Assembly (NCBI RefSeq): GCF_018350175.1 | Contig: NC_058368.1 | Span: 37,698,001-37,762,000, forward strand | Source of the DNA: Felis catus | Taxonomy: Eukaryota | Reading direction: 5' to 3' | DNA: 64,000 bases | Part shown: piece after piece, positions 13,076 through 25,495 of the stretch | Numbering within the stretch: position 1 is the first letter of the stretch | Layout of the letters: each line of letters starts with the position of its first letter | Made by a program: the position numbers and the translations under genes | The notes under the pieces: model-generated | The model's database searches: none | What the model was told of the DNA's origin: nothing | Seen by the model: only the letters and a program-made list of their open reading frames with translations

Positions 13076-14218
13076 CCATGACATTCCATCCAACAACACC
13101 AGAATATATCTCCTCAAGCATGCAAGAAATTCTTCAATATAGATTATATCTTTAGGCCATGGAACAAGTCTTAACAAACTAAAGAAGTCTGAGATGATAT
13201 TAAATACCTTTTCTAACCACAATGGTATATGTTATGTAATGATAAAGGAGTCAATTCATCAAGATACAATAATTGTATTTATTTAGTCATCCACCACTGG
13301 CACACCTACATATGCAAAGCAAATGCTAAACATACTAAAAGGAGAAATAAACAGAAGTACAGTAGGGGACTTAATACCCTGCTCTGAACAACAGATAAAT
13401 CATCCAGACAGAAAATTGATAATAAAAGAGTAGATTGCAAAAACACTATAGAGCAAATCGATCTAACAGATACATAGATCTAGGTAAAGATATAGAAAAA
13501 GTTCAAGCAAAAAAAGCTAACCTTACACTTAAAGGAGCTAGAAAAACCAGTAGGAGGAAGGAAATAATAATGATTAGAGCGGGTAAGTGATATAGAAACT
13601 AAAACAAACAAATAAACCAAAAACAATAGTGCAAATCAATGGAACCAGACACTGGTTCTTTGAAAAGATCAAGAAAATTGATAAAACTCTATCCAGACCA
13701 ATAAAAAAAAAAGAGTAAATAAATAAAAGTAAGTGGGTGCACACATGAGAGAGAGAGAGAGAGAGAGAAGACCTAAATAAACAAAATCACAAATGAGAGA
13801 GGAGGAATAACAACCAACGCCACAATAATACAAACAATTGTAACAAAATATTATGAAAACCTATATGCCAACAAATTGGACAACTTAGAAGAAATGGATA
13901 AATTCCTAGAGACATACAACCTACCAAAACTAAAGCAAGAAGAAATAGGGGCTTTAAGTCCCTCTGGTTTTAAGAACTCAAGAAATTTGGCCCCTCTAAT
14001 TTTTAAAGACAACTGTTTTGGGGATTCATCCTCCCTGTTCATTGACTCCCAGGTATAAAAGTTTGTGTTTTGCTCTTATCTGCGCCACCGGCTCCCTCCC
14101 CACTGTGGGTGGCCATGGTCTGTTTTGGTCCCAGACTGTGTCTTGCCATTCCTACCTTGTTTGATGTGGTCTCTTGACTTCAGTGTCCTCCTATTCTGCC
14201 ATCTTAGAAGATGACCCT
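10385..14218 (-). mobile_element. Rearranged carnivore L1 insertion (3'UTR+ORF2 on minus 10385-12942; inverted pieces 12951-13947; 5'UTR tip on minus 13948-14218)
   Basis: ORF2 peptides in minus ORFs 10638-10979 and 12191-12694 (LSLFADEMILY); plus-strand ORF2 peptide at 13876 ([18 protein letters not shown]); L1 5' start 'aagatggcagaataggagga' on minus near 14186-14205; 15-bp TSD tggaaaagaattttt at 10370-10384 and 14219-14233. Confidence 0.9.
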
Positions 14219-14979
14219 TGGAAAAGAATTTTTGATAGGCTTCTTAATGCTCTGAACAATTGTTTTAGTTATTATCATACTTTTATAAAATACGTTATAC
14301 TATATTTAGTAATAAATTTTCAGGAAAGTAATGTGGTATTTTATAATAAAATTCAAACTGTAAGTCTGATTTTGTTCAATTTCATATATATATACACACA
14401 CACACACATACACACACACACACACATAAATATATGTTTTACTAATGGGTGAAGAGGATAAATTTGAGCATAACTAAAAATGTATGTCAAGAATATCTCT
14501 AATTAAACCTAAAAAAAAAAACAACAACAAAAAACAGACCCTGAATGTTGGAGAAAAACATAAAAATAGGGTTACTTAAAATAAAATAAATTTTAATATT
14601 TTTTCAGCTTATATGTATGTATATATACACACTATACTATATATATATAATTCAAGTTTTTGACTATATATAAATTATGCATACACACGTATAGGTATAT
14701 CTCACATATGTACATATACATATTATAATTGTTAATGTATTTATATTATGTAAATTAAGAGTTTGTGGCCTACCATAGTATTTCAGGAAATTCTTGAAAC
14801 CTGTCTAGGCAGTTACATAATTTTTCTTTCGCGCAATTGAAGCAAAATCCTAGAAATTGTTTCAGTCTCTATCTTTCTGAGGACCTCTCTACTTCTTGAA
14901 ATTATAACACCCTGACAAACAGATAGAGTTACGAGGAACTTACACTGAGTTAGCAGTCTCCTCTCTTTTCTGTGAAATT

Positions 14980-15105
14980 CACTTATTTAGTCCCATATTG
15001 TAAGAACATTTATTGAATGTCTGCTAAGTACCAAATAAAGTTTTTTGCTCTGGATATTAAAACTCAGGCACAGTCTCTGCCTTCAGCTGATTCACAGTCC
15101 TGGAA
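14980..15105 (-). mobile_element. L2 3' end fragment
   Basis: 'aacatttattgaatgtctgctaagtacca...ctctggata...cacagtctctgccttcag'. Confidence 0.6.
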
Positions 15106-15129
15106 TAACCTGCCAAATAAGCACTAAAC

Positions 15130-16000
15130 CCAAATTCTTGATCTCTTTTGGGAAAGCATAAACTAAGATGACAAAGACATAAATAAAATTTCTCTGAAGT
15201 ATGCTGCAACGGAGTAGAGGTAAGTTAATAAAGGGTAGTGTTGATTTTGTGGATGTAAACTGCTTTGGATTTCACTTAGTGAGTTAAAAGTAGCACTCCA
15301 GGATTGTGTGGATTTACTCCAAGAGGTAAAAGACACTGAATTATAGTTGATTGGCATCAGCATATGTTTATGGTTGTAATAATTGATGGTCATTTTCCAC
15401 CTCACAAAAGACTCTTTTAGAGAGCAATTAGCTAAATTAAATGGACGAAGATAGGAATCGTACCTTTTCATCTCTCACAGGTTTAATGATGTTTCTAATC
15501 GTGGAATTTTCACCCTGGAGTCAATATTACCTTCAGTCTATTATCAGAGCAATGAAGGGTGCCGTAGATGGGGCTATGGAGAAATTCTGTATATTTGCTC
15601 TTGTGTTCTTGTACCTCTGCTATTCCTTTGTGTGATGGTTATTTTTATGTATCAACTAGTCTGGGCCATGTAGATCCTGTAATAGGGTAGGGGTTTTAGT
15701 TACTGGACTTACATTTAGCCTTTACTACTCTGGTGCCCCTGAATTGATGAGTCGAAGGATTACCAGGGCGTCCATGGTATCACTGGAAGTATTGTTAGTT
15801 GGCCATATTAACCCCTAACCTCTTGAAGTCTGCATTCTCACTCATGGAACTCCATGACCTGTTGAGTCTCTTAGGGTCATTGTAAGTGCTAGTATCTACT
15901 GACTCCAAAAGGAATAGCTATTTATCTATTTCAAGTTTACTGTCCTCTGAAAAATATAGAACACTTGAAGAAAGATTCATGGAATACAAATACGACTCTT
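15130..16000 (-). mobile_element. Decayed class III (ERVL-like) endogenous retrovirus protease/RT fragment
   Basis: Minus ORF 15163-15471 reads PFN...WKMTINY...MPI, matching the spacing of ERVL [35 protein letters not shown]; upstream minus frame near 15865-15905 gives VDT...DPKR, resembling the ERVL protease LDTG...GDPK. Confidence 0.6.
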
Positions 16001-16489
16001 AAACAGGGTCTTTCCTCAAAAAAGACATAGTCACTACTTTAGTCAGGGGATTACAGGTCTGGGAACCAGCTTAGTTCTAGAAACTGAAAAAAAAGATCAG
16101 GAATTTTCACTAGTGTGAATTGAGTTACAATGCTTAATTTTTTTCCTCCAATACATGTCAAGCAGCACTTTAACAGGGTGCCTATCAATTTCATTTTTAG
16201 GGACTCTGTGATTAATGAACCATCACCAGAGTTCTCATAAAATAGTGCTTAGTGTCTCTGCTTCAATCCCACGGCTTGCTGTAGTAACTGCGTCTCTGTT
16301 TTCAGATAGTTAGCAAAAACTTAGCTTTTGCTCCTCCAGGATCACATTATTTTTCTTGAGATTATGGAATATAAAATGCCATTGCAACATTCACATATCA
16401 TCTCTGATCTGCAAAAGTGAACCAACACAAAAGTCTTCAAAAATGATGGTGTCCCCCTTAGCCAGGAGAATATATACATTTCTCTGGGC

Positions 16490-19400
16490 TGTATAATTGT
16501 TTATACTAGTATCTTCTGACCCTGTATATTTCTGTGATATTAGTTGTAAAGTCTGTTTTTTCATTTAGATTATATTTGAGTCCTCTATCATATTTCTTAG
16601 TTAATTCAGTTTAAGGTTTGCCAATTTTATCTTTGCACAAAAAACACCTCTAGTTTAATTGATGTTTTCAACTATTTTTCAAGTTTTTATTCCATTTATT
16701 TCTCCTGTAATCTTTATTTATTTTTTGTGTTCCCTTTGCTAATTCTGTGCTTTGTTCTTTTTCAGGCTCCTTGAGATGTAATATTTGGTCGTTTATTTGA
16801 GACCTTACTTTTTTCTTAATGTAGCCATTTTTAAAGCTATAACTTTCCTCTTAGAACTGCTTTTGCTACATCCCATACACTTTGGCATTTTGTGTTTCCA
16901 TTTTTGTCTCTAGATATTTTTTTTTATTTCCATTTTGATTCCTTCCTCCATCCACTGTTAACTCAAGAGTATGTTGTTTAATTTCTCCAGGATTGTGAAT
17001 TTTTCAGTTTTTCTCCTGGTATTGTGGTTAGAAAAGATACTCGATACCATCTCAAACTTCTTTGGTTTGTTAAGACTTGTTCCATGGCGTAAGGTCTAAT
17101 CTATACTGGCGAATGTCTCTTGCATACTTAAAGAGAATGTATTCTGGTGCTGTTGGATGGAATGTTCTGTTTATCTAACATGTCCATATCTATATATCTG
17201 TATCTACATCTAATCTGTATCTCAAATCTATATATCTGTTAGGTCCATTTGCTCTATAGTGTTTTTGAAATCTACTCTTTCTTTATTAATTTTCTGTCTG
17301 GATGATTTATCTGTTGTTGAGAGTGGGGTATTAAGTCCCCTACTGTACTGCTGTTTATTTCTCCTTTTACTGTGTTTAGTATTTGCTTTGCATATGTACG
17401 TGTGCCAGTGTTGGATGCTTAAATAACTATCATTATTATATGTTGGTGAATTGACCTCTTTGTCATTATGTGACTTTTTTTTGTCTTGTTACCATTTCTT
17501 TTTAAAATTTTTAATGTTTGTTTATTTTGGGGAGACAGGAAAAATAGGGAAGCTGCAGAGAGAGAGGGGTGCAGAGGATCTGACAGAGAGAAGGATAGAG
17601 GATCTGAGCTGTCAGCACAGAGCCCAGTGCAAGGCTCAAACTCACAAACTGTGACATCATGACTTGAGCCAAAGTCGAATGCATAACTGATTGAGCCACC
17701 CAGGTGCCCCTCTTGTGACCATTTCTAACATAAAGTCTATATTGTCAGTTATAAGTATAGCCACCCCTGGACTCTCCTGGTTACCATTTGCTTAGAATAT
17801 CTTTTCCATCCTTTCCTTTTCAGCCTATGTGTCCTTAAAGCTAAAGTGAGATTTTCGTAGGCAGCATATCATGGGATCTTGTATTTTTTATTCAGCCAGT
17901 CTGTGTCTTTTGTTTGGAACATAAAAGCCATTTATATTTAAGAAAATTATTGATAAAGACTTCTATTGCCATTTAGTTAATGGCTTTCTGACTAGGAGAT
18001 CTCTTGCTCCCTTTCCCCCTCTCTTTCTGTCTTACTTTGTGATGTCAAGTGCTGTGGCTGTATGCATTGATTCCTTTATCTTAATCTTTTGTGTATCTAC
18101 TACAGGTTTTTCTTTGAAGTTAACATGAAGTTTACATAAAATCTCTTATAGTTATAATATCCTATTTTAAGGTGGTAACAACTTTATCTCCACATACAGA
18201 AACTGCTTACCTCTCCCCCACTCACATTTTAGGTTATTGATGTCACAATTTACATCTGTATTATACTATGAATCTATACCCTGGTTATAGCTATTTTTAA
18301 TACATTTGTCCTTTAACTCAAATTAGAGTTGAAAGTGATTTATGTATCATCATGACAATATTAGAGGATCTTACTTTGATTATGTAGGTACCTTTATCAC
18401 AGAGTTTTACATATTCATAGGTTTATTCGTGGCTATTTAGTTTCCTTTCAGCTTGAAGAACTCCCTTAGCATTTCTTGAAAGGCAGGTTAGTGATGATGA
18501 ACTCCTGAAACTTTTTTGTTTGAGAAAGGATTTATCTCCTTTTCACTTATGAAGGACAACTTTGCCAGGTCAGTATTCTTGGTTGACAGGTTTCTCCCAG
18601 TATTTGAATATATCATTCCACTCTCTCTTGGCCTGTTAGGTTTCTGTTGAGAAACCCACTGATCATCTTATGTGGACTCACTTGTACGTGACAAGTCTGT
18701 TCTCTTGCTGCCTCAAAATTTTGTCTTTGACTTTTGGAAACTTGAAAGTCAGGCCGTGCTCCCCAAATGGATGGTGCTGCTGGCTGGAATCCACATTTGC
18801 AGGGCCGAAGGCAGGGCTTTATGATCAGGTGCATTCTCAGGCCATCCTCCGTGTTCAGATGGGGCCATAGGTTACCTCAAAGTTGCGTAGGGCCACAGGC
18901 TAGGCTATTTGTTGGAGAGGTCACTGGCCAGGCAGCCTGGTCAGGTGTGGCTGACAGCTCTTCTTGGTAGTTGGGTGGGACTGGAGGCTATGGTCTGCTG
19001 TTGGGCAAGGCTGCTGTTGGGGTTTCTTGGTCGGGTAAGGCAACAGGTTATGCTGTGTGATTCGATGAAGCCACTGGGTTATGCTCTTGCTTAGGTCAGT
19101 CCACAGGCAGGTTGTGTTCAGCAATCAGCCAGGGCCTTCGGCTATGCCCTGTGGCTAGGTGGTATAGTAGACGGGTGTCTGTGACTGCTCAAGTTCATTG
19201 GAGGTCACTGATCAGGATCACTAGTGAGGTAGGGCCAGAGATTATGCTCCATAGCTGGGGGGGTTTCTATCTTGTCTGTCTGCCCATGTAGGTTTGTAGG
19301 ATGGGCTGCTACAGGATTTTGATGGGCTCCCTGTCCAGGCAGGCTGTAGGATTTGTTCCTTATCTGGAACAGCCCATTGACTAGCTGTGCCACTGGGCAG

Positions 19401-19965
19401 AATTGCCAGTCATGCTTCTTGGCTAGATGTAGTCACTAGGTTGGCTCTGCAAATGGGGAGAACCCCTGGAGAGGCTCTCTGCTTGGGCACTGCTGCCGGC
19501 AGAAATGTGGTCTGCCAAGGTCTGCATGTTGGTTGCTGCGAGTTCCACCTCCTTCTGTACCTCTAGCTGATCTCCTGTCATCTAGACCCTCTGATTCCCC
19601 TGGTGACCCCTGTGAGGCAAGACCTATGTGGGCCTCACAGGAAGTGTCCTCTAATGCTGGGGATAGTGGAAGTCCACTTGGGGCTCTCCCCTGACTATAG
19701 AACCCATAAGCACAGGGAGGTATTCTCAGAGTGGTGCTGTGCGATCCTGGGCAGGGGAATGTGTTCAAGGTGAAACTGCTTCTTTTTTCCTTCTAATGCA
19801 AGTTTCCATTTCTCAGTGTCTATGATCCAGGCCGTTGCTTCAGCATTATTTCTTGTTTCTGGGATTTTCACAAAGACATCCTGTGTATGGGTAGTGGAGA
19901 GCTGATCTGTCTGTAAGTAGTATTGAAGTTGGGAACCACCTACTCTGCTATATTGTGACATCATG
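16490..19965 (-). mobile_element. Old L1 (L1MA/L1MB age) 5' half: ORF2 EN region, long spacer, ORF1 3' part, GC-rich 5'UTR
   Basis: Antisense EN sequence 16530-17960 (ctggatgatttatctgttgttgagagtggggtattaagtcccctact), ORF1 C-terminal peptide in ORF 18613-18834, 5' terminus-like 'acctactctgctatattgtgacatca' at ~19938-19963. Confidence 0.8.
17500..17710 (-). mobile_element. CanSINE (older)
   Basis: Ends gagccacccaggtgcccc; TSD tcttgttaccatttct 17484-17499 / tcttgtgaccatttct 17711-17726. Confidence 0.93.
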
Positions 19966-20001
19966 CTTGTCAGGAATTTTAGTTGATTAGTTTATTTAGT
20001 T

Positions 20002-21530
20002 GAATAGTTCTCAAAATTTTTGGTATCAGGGTTACTTGATTCTCTGAAAGGTTACTGAAAATCTCAAAGAGCTTTTGTTTATATGGGTAAAATCTATAGC
20101 TAAATACTGCGTTCTATATTAGAAGTTTGCTGAATATGTATTTATTGATTCACTTTAAAATAACAATAATAAACCATAGAGGACAATTTGTCATACATAA
20201 TTTTATGAAAGTATCACTATGTTTTCAAAAAAAAGTGAGAAAAGCGTAATTACTTTACAGTTTTGTAAGCCAGTTTAATGTCTGGATTCATAGGACAAAG
20301 TTGAATCCTTATAATCGATTGTTGTATGTTTTTTAAGTTAAAGTACGTGAAGAGTACTTGGTCTTACAAAGATATGTAGTTAGAAAATAGAGGCAGACTT
20401 TAATAACATTTCAGATAATTATGGCTATTCTTCTTTGATATTACAAGAAAACTTGAAAAGCGGTAGTTTCTTAAAGGTCAGTTGCAAGGCAGAATTTGAA
20501 ACCTTATCAATAAACTTCAAACTCTGTTACATAAGCCCATTTGCACTTTGAATGGATCTTTTATGTCTGCATGACTTTGTAACATCATGCATTGATCACT
20601 TGGTAATATTGATTCATGGTATTATGCAGACAATTCAAATGTTGACACATTTTATTATGTAATATCAAAAATCTCATTCATAAATATCATGACAAGCCTT
20701 ATTTGAAAAGTATGTATTGGGAAACTGTCAAGCTCAATGGTAACAGATACAAACTTTCTAAAATTATAATTTTCTATTTGAAAACTAGAATTTTATCACT
20801 GGCAACAAAGGCTTTTGTTTTGTTTTGTTTTGAAAAGAGAAACCATTATCAAGGATGTATCTTTCAAATAACTGAGTCTTTACCACTGTTAAGACGCCAG
20901 TCTTTCTTTTAAGTGAAAATTAAAATAAATTTTGCGTGTAGTTGACATACAATCTTAAATTAGTTTCAGGTGTACAACACAGTGATTGAACAACTCTATG
21001 TGATGCTGTGCTCAGCAAAACTGTAGTCATCAACTGTCACCATACAACAGTGTTACAGTATCATTGATTATATTCTGTTTATTGTGACTTTTATATTCAT
21101 AACTTACTAATTCCATAACAGGAAGCCTCTGTCTCCCACTGCCTTTCACCCATTTTGCCTATATCCCCAGCCCCTGTCCCCTGGCTACTATCAGTTTGTT
21201 CTCTGTATTTGTTGGTTTGATTCTGTTTTCTGTTTATTTATTCATTTGTTTTGTTTTTTAGATTGCACATATCAATGGAATCATATTTGTCTTTCTTTTT
21301 CTGACTTACTTCACTTAACATAATACCTTCTAGGTCCGTCCATTTTGTTGTGAATGGCAAGATCTCAACCTTTTTATGGTTGAGTAATATTACATTATAT
21401 CTATAGCTATCTATATCTATATTACATCTATATCATCTATCTATAATCTTGATTTTAACTAAAGTGCCAGCAGACTATTGCTTTTGTATCATCAGTGCAA
21501 GTGCCAATGCAATAAATATGTATATACAAA
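20002..21530. mobile_element. hAT-Charlie DNA transposon (Charlie1/Charlie1a-like), split by an L1 fragment
   Basis: Start 'gttctcaaaatttttggtatcagg...caaagagcttttgtttatatgggt' matches the Charlie1 terminus; resumes at ~21447 'cttgatt...gccagcag...ttgcttttgtatcatcagtgca'. Confidence 0.8.
20918..21445 (-). mobile_element. Carnivore L1 3'UTR fragment
   Basis: 'tagttgacatacaat...attagtttcaggtgtacaacacagtgatt...ctgtcaccatacaac...ctgacttacttcacttaacataatacc'. Confidence 0.8.
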
Positions 21531-21983
21531 TTAAATGTTTTTTTTTAAAAACTTTTAAATAAGGGAACACAGATACGATTTTGAGATCTGATTTGGCCTC
21601 TTTATGATTCTGGATCTGTTGAAATAACCATAGGATGACCTCGTGGATGTACTAGATTCACTGTGAGATGGAAATTGTCCAACATTGCATTTATCACACG
21701 ACTTCCCCAGGCTTTCACTCAGACATATGAAATGCTAGCAGCATTCCGTGCCTCCAGGGGTTAATGATGACTGAAAGTCAGTGATCAGTAACTGCACAAA
21801 CATCTCATTATGTTCCTTTCCCTATATAGTCTATCCTCAGAACTGGTCCTGCATATCTTTGGTAAAAGGTAGAAAGAAAACACAGTATATCCTGTGGCAT
21901 TGTCATGAAACCTTTTTTGAAGAGTCCTAGTTCTTTTCATCCTTATGAACTAATCCTTACACACTAATTTAGAGTTATTTCTT

Positions 21984-21985
<2 letters not shown>

Positions 21986-22032
<47 letters not shown>

Positions 22033-22228
22033 TATATATGTGTATATATATATATATACACGCATATGTATATCATCCTATTTGATGTGTGTGTGTGTGT
22101 ATATATATATATTCATGTGTGTATATATATGTATATATATACACACATGTGTGCATATGTATATATATACACACATGTGTGCATATGTATATATATACAC
22201 ACACACACACACACACATCAAATAGGAT
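21986..22228. repeat. Compound (TA)/(CA)/(TG) microsatellite with internal inverted repeat
   Basis: Directly visible; atcctatttgatg (22075-22087) and its reverse complement catcaaataggat (22216-22228). Confidence 0.95.
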
Positions 22229-25151
22229 TTGGGAAGTGTAGTTTACTCTTTGGAACCTCATGAGAAATTAACCAGAAATCTTACCATATCAAACAATTCT
22301 GGTAACTTTAATCAGCCCTCCTGATAAGTAAAGTGTCTAGTGATTATATGCCCCTTTCGCTTTTCCTGCTTTGGGGTTCCATCTCTCCTCTTGTGTCTTT
22401 GACAGGCTGCGAGTATAGCCAATACGAGCCTTTTTAAGGATGTTTTTTCCAGTTTATTTTTCACCACCTTGTTGAAGTAAGTGGCTAGGATCTTCTGTGA
22501 GATGTAGTTAAGATGAAGGGAAGCTGATCTTACATGATAATCTACTTGAACATTTCCATTTTATTCATCTTTTGCATTTGTATATTGTAAGATGGAAAGA
22601 ATATCTGGTATTGAAACCCCAGTGAGTCCAAATTTCAGTCAATCACCTCAGCAAACTTCAGAATCTCCTGAAGATGCTCAACTTAGTTCGTTGGGTCCAG
22701 AATCTTTGGTCGGGTATATTGGGCTGCATTTAAATGTATGCATTTTTTTTTTCATTATGGTTCTAAGAAACAAAGGCAATTTGTACAATTGACTAGATTT
22801 CTCCTGATATGTAGTCAGAGTAAGGCTACAATATCTGTGGCATGTGAGGCTTCTCATCTCAGGTAGAACATTACACTGTCTGAGGGTACGTTGAGATCTG
22901 AGTCCACTTACAGATGTGATGGCAATTGGAATCGCTGAGGTGCAACATGAGGTCGCTTGGTGTCCCCTTGCAAGGTAACGTGCCTAGGATCAGTCACTAC
23001 ATGGTTTTTAACTAAGTCAAAACTAGACCATCAGGCAAGTTTATCATATAATTATAGTCACAGTCCTCCAAATTCATCCATAATTTCTCATTTCAATTCT
23101 CACAGTCCTACTTTATCCCATAAATTTCCTAATTTTAAGTAACTGGCCATGGCAAGAATGTGAATTAATTTTTTATGGTATTTTAGCAGCCTACATTATC
23201 AGACTTTGAATCTGATACTTTATGAAAACAGCCCTATAATTATAAGAAATAAGATATTATTTTGGATGGTTGAAACTCTCCAGTTCTCTGTGCTTTGAGC
23301 CACTAATTTAAAATCTCGCACTTGCGTTTTCTTTCTTTAATCTTTCTCATAAAGGGAGGAGACAGCCCATGCACAATTTTCTCCATCAATATGTTGTATT
23401 GAAGCAGACATTTGACATTTGGTCTTTCAGAGTTATCTTGACTGATTCTATTCCAGATGACCACAGAATAAAATTTAAGTAACTATTTTGTCATCACATG
23501 CCATGTTCTCATAGTGTTCCATTTTCCATTAGTAACCAGATAATAACTGCCTTGAGTGATAAGCCATTCAAATAGTCAAGTTGATTTCCTTCCTCAAGTG
23601 TCTGCCATCTTTTTTGACTCCAGTGCTGTGACATTCAAAACTGAGTTTGGAAAAGAGCAAATACTCTCAGTAGTTTAGGACAATGTTGTTAATATAAGAA
23701 TATATACAATCTTTGAGGCTCTAGGAAACGGTACTTAATAAGCCACTCTTATAATTAGTAAATTGGAGACAAAAAAAACCTGCCATTAACTACAATTCAA
23801 CAAAAAGAAAATGGAATAGACGGCTTCTCTAGCTCGGCTCCCATACTTTCCTTTTGTCCATGAAGAAAGAAACAAGATATGGAACTACTGAGAATAGTCT
23901 TTGCTACCAAAGTTGCCAGGAGAAACTCATATTCCTATAGTTTCGCTTCTTGGTAGGAAATTTTAAAGCAGCAAAAAATTGTCTTTTGTTCTCCTTTTTA
24001 AATTTCATGAATGCATTTAATTACTAGGATCTTATTTACATTCAGAATGCTAACTGAAGAATATATGTGAAACAAAGTTTATATTTTCTGGTGTTTCTAT
24101 TAAAAAGAAGCTTGGTAGATGTGAGAATGAAGAGTGGGTGTGCACCTTCTATACCCAACTTACTATGTTTCTGTATTGCCTACAACCTTCAGTGGCTCCC
24201 TACAGTCTTCAAATCAATTTTTAAACTATCACTTGAGCATAAATAATGTTCTAGGCACTGTGATAGTTGCAAAGAAACAGTAAGTTCATGAAGCCTAGCA
24301 TCAATAAGTTAAAACAAAAATTAAATAATTTGGGCAACTGAAATGTTGGGGGAATAAAAGGCAGTGTACTATGGCAATGCAAAGGGAAAGGATTTAAAAT
24401 GGTGTAGTGAGAGAGTGAATTATAAGTTGAAAAACAAAGGAAGAAATTAGCCAAGCTAATAGTACATATCTGTATGTATATAGAGGGCTTGAAGGAAGAT
24501 CCTAGGGAAAAGACAAAGGAAGGTTAATATATTTAAGTTAGGAGAGAATGTAATACATCATGGTGATAAAGAAAATAATGTCACAACAGTGAGAAAAACA
24601 TAGCTTGAGATAAAGCTGAAGAGGTGGATATCATATATTCTAAAACATGATGAAGATATACTTTTTAACAGGAGAGCAGTAGCATTCTATCAAAAACACT
24701 AAGGATTGAACTGACATAATCACATGCTTGATTGTTCAAAATATAATTGACTGCATGATGCACAATAGAATGGAGGAGACAGGGAGGTGAAATAGATTTT
24801 CCAAGATGGTGAGTCAAGCAAGAATGGCTACAGCCTAAAGTGGGCTGATAGGATGGGAAGGATGGAGGCCAGAATATTTGGAAGAGAGGGACAAGAGGAT
24901 TAAGTTCTATATTAATCAGAGGAATGGAAATTACAGCTTTGTTGATAATGGAGATTTTTTGAAACTACCAAAAACTATGTCAATATGGAATTTAGCTAAT
25001 TGTAATACACTCTTAATACGTAATTAAAAATTTCCACGGTCATGAAGACTGTTCTAAATGTGGTACAAAATCTTTATATTTCACAGTGAACAAAAACCAG
25101 CTTGTGTTATTATATGTATAAAGTGAGATTATCCTAATTTTTTGGTAAGAG

Positions 25152-25175
25152 GTGTGTATATGGGTGTGTGTGGGT

Positions 25176-25217
<42 letters not shown>
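25152..25217. repeat. (TG)n microsatellite
   Basis: Directly visible. Confidence 0.95.
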
Positions 25218-25220
<3 letters not shown>

Positions 25221-25384
25221 GAGAGAGGAGAGATTCTCCTATAGGGAAGAATGTAAGAATAGATGTAAAATGTGATCCATAGATATATTTTGGAGTTTAT
25301 ATGACATAGGTATTATTTCCTTTTTTGAATATTTAAAAATTTACATGAAAATATAACTTAACATATATAAAATGCATGTTAAAA

Positions 25385-25495
25385 ATCAATAAGAAAGAAG
25401 AAAAAGCTAGAAGCATACTTCCTGATTTTGGAACATATTTAAATATGTATTACAGTAATGAAACAGTGTGGCATTGGCATTCAGAAAGTTACGTA
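25385..25495 (+). mobile_element. Short ancient L1 ORF2 fragment
   Basis: Translates KARSILPDFGTY...ETVWHWH, like L1 ORF2 KAGGITLPDFKLYY...KTVWYWH. Confidence 0.6.

Noticed and set aside
18745..19965. GC-rich segment as a host promoter or CpG island (also 53900-56350 and 60362-61280)
   Set aside because: Contiguous with L1 ORF1 and ends in L1 5'-terminal motifs; these are L1 5'UTRs.
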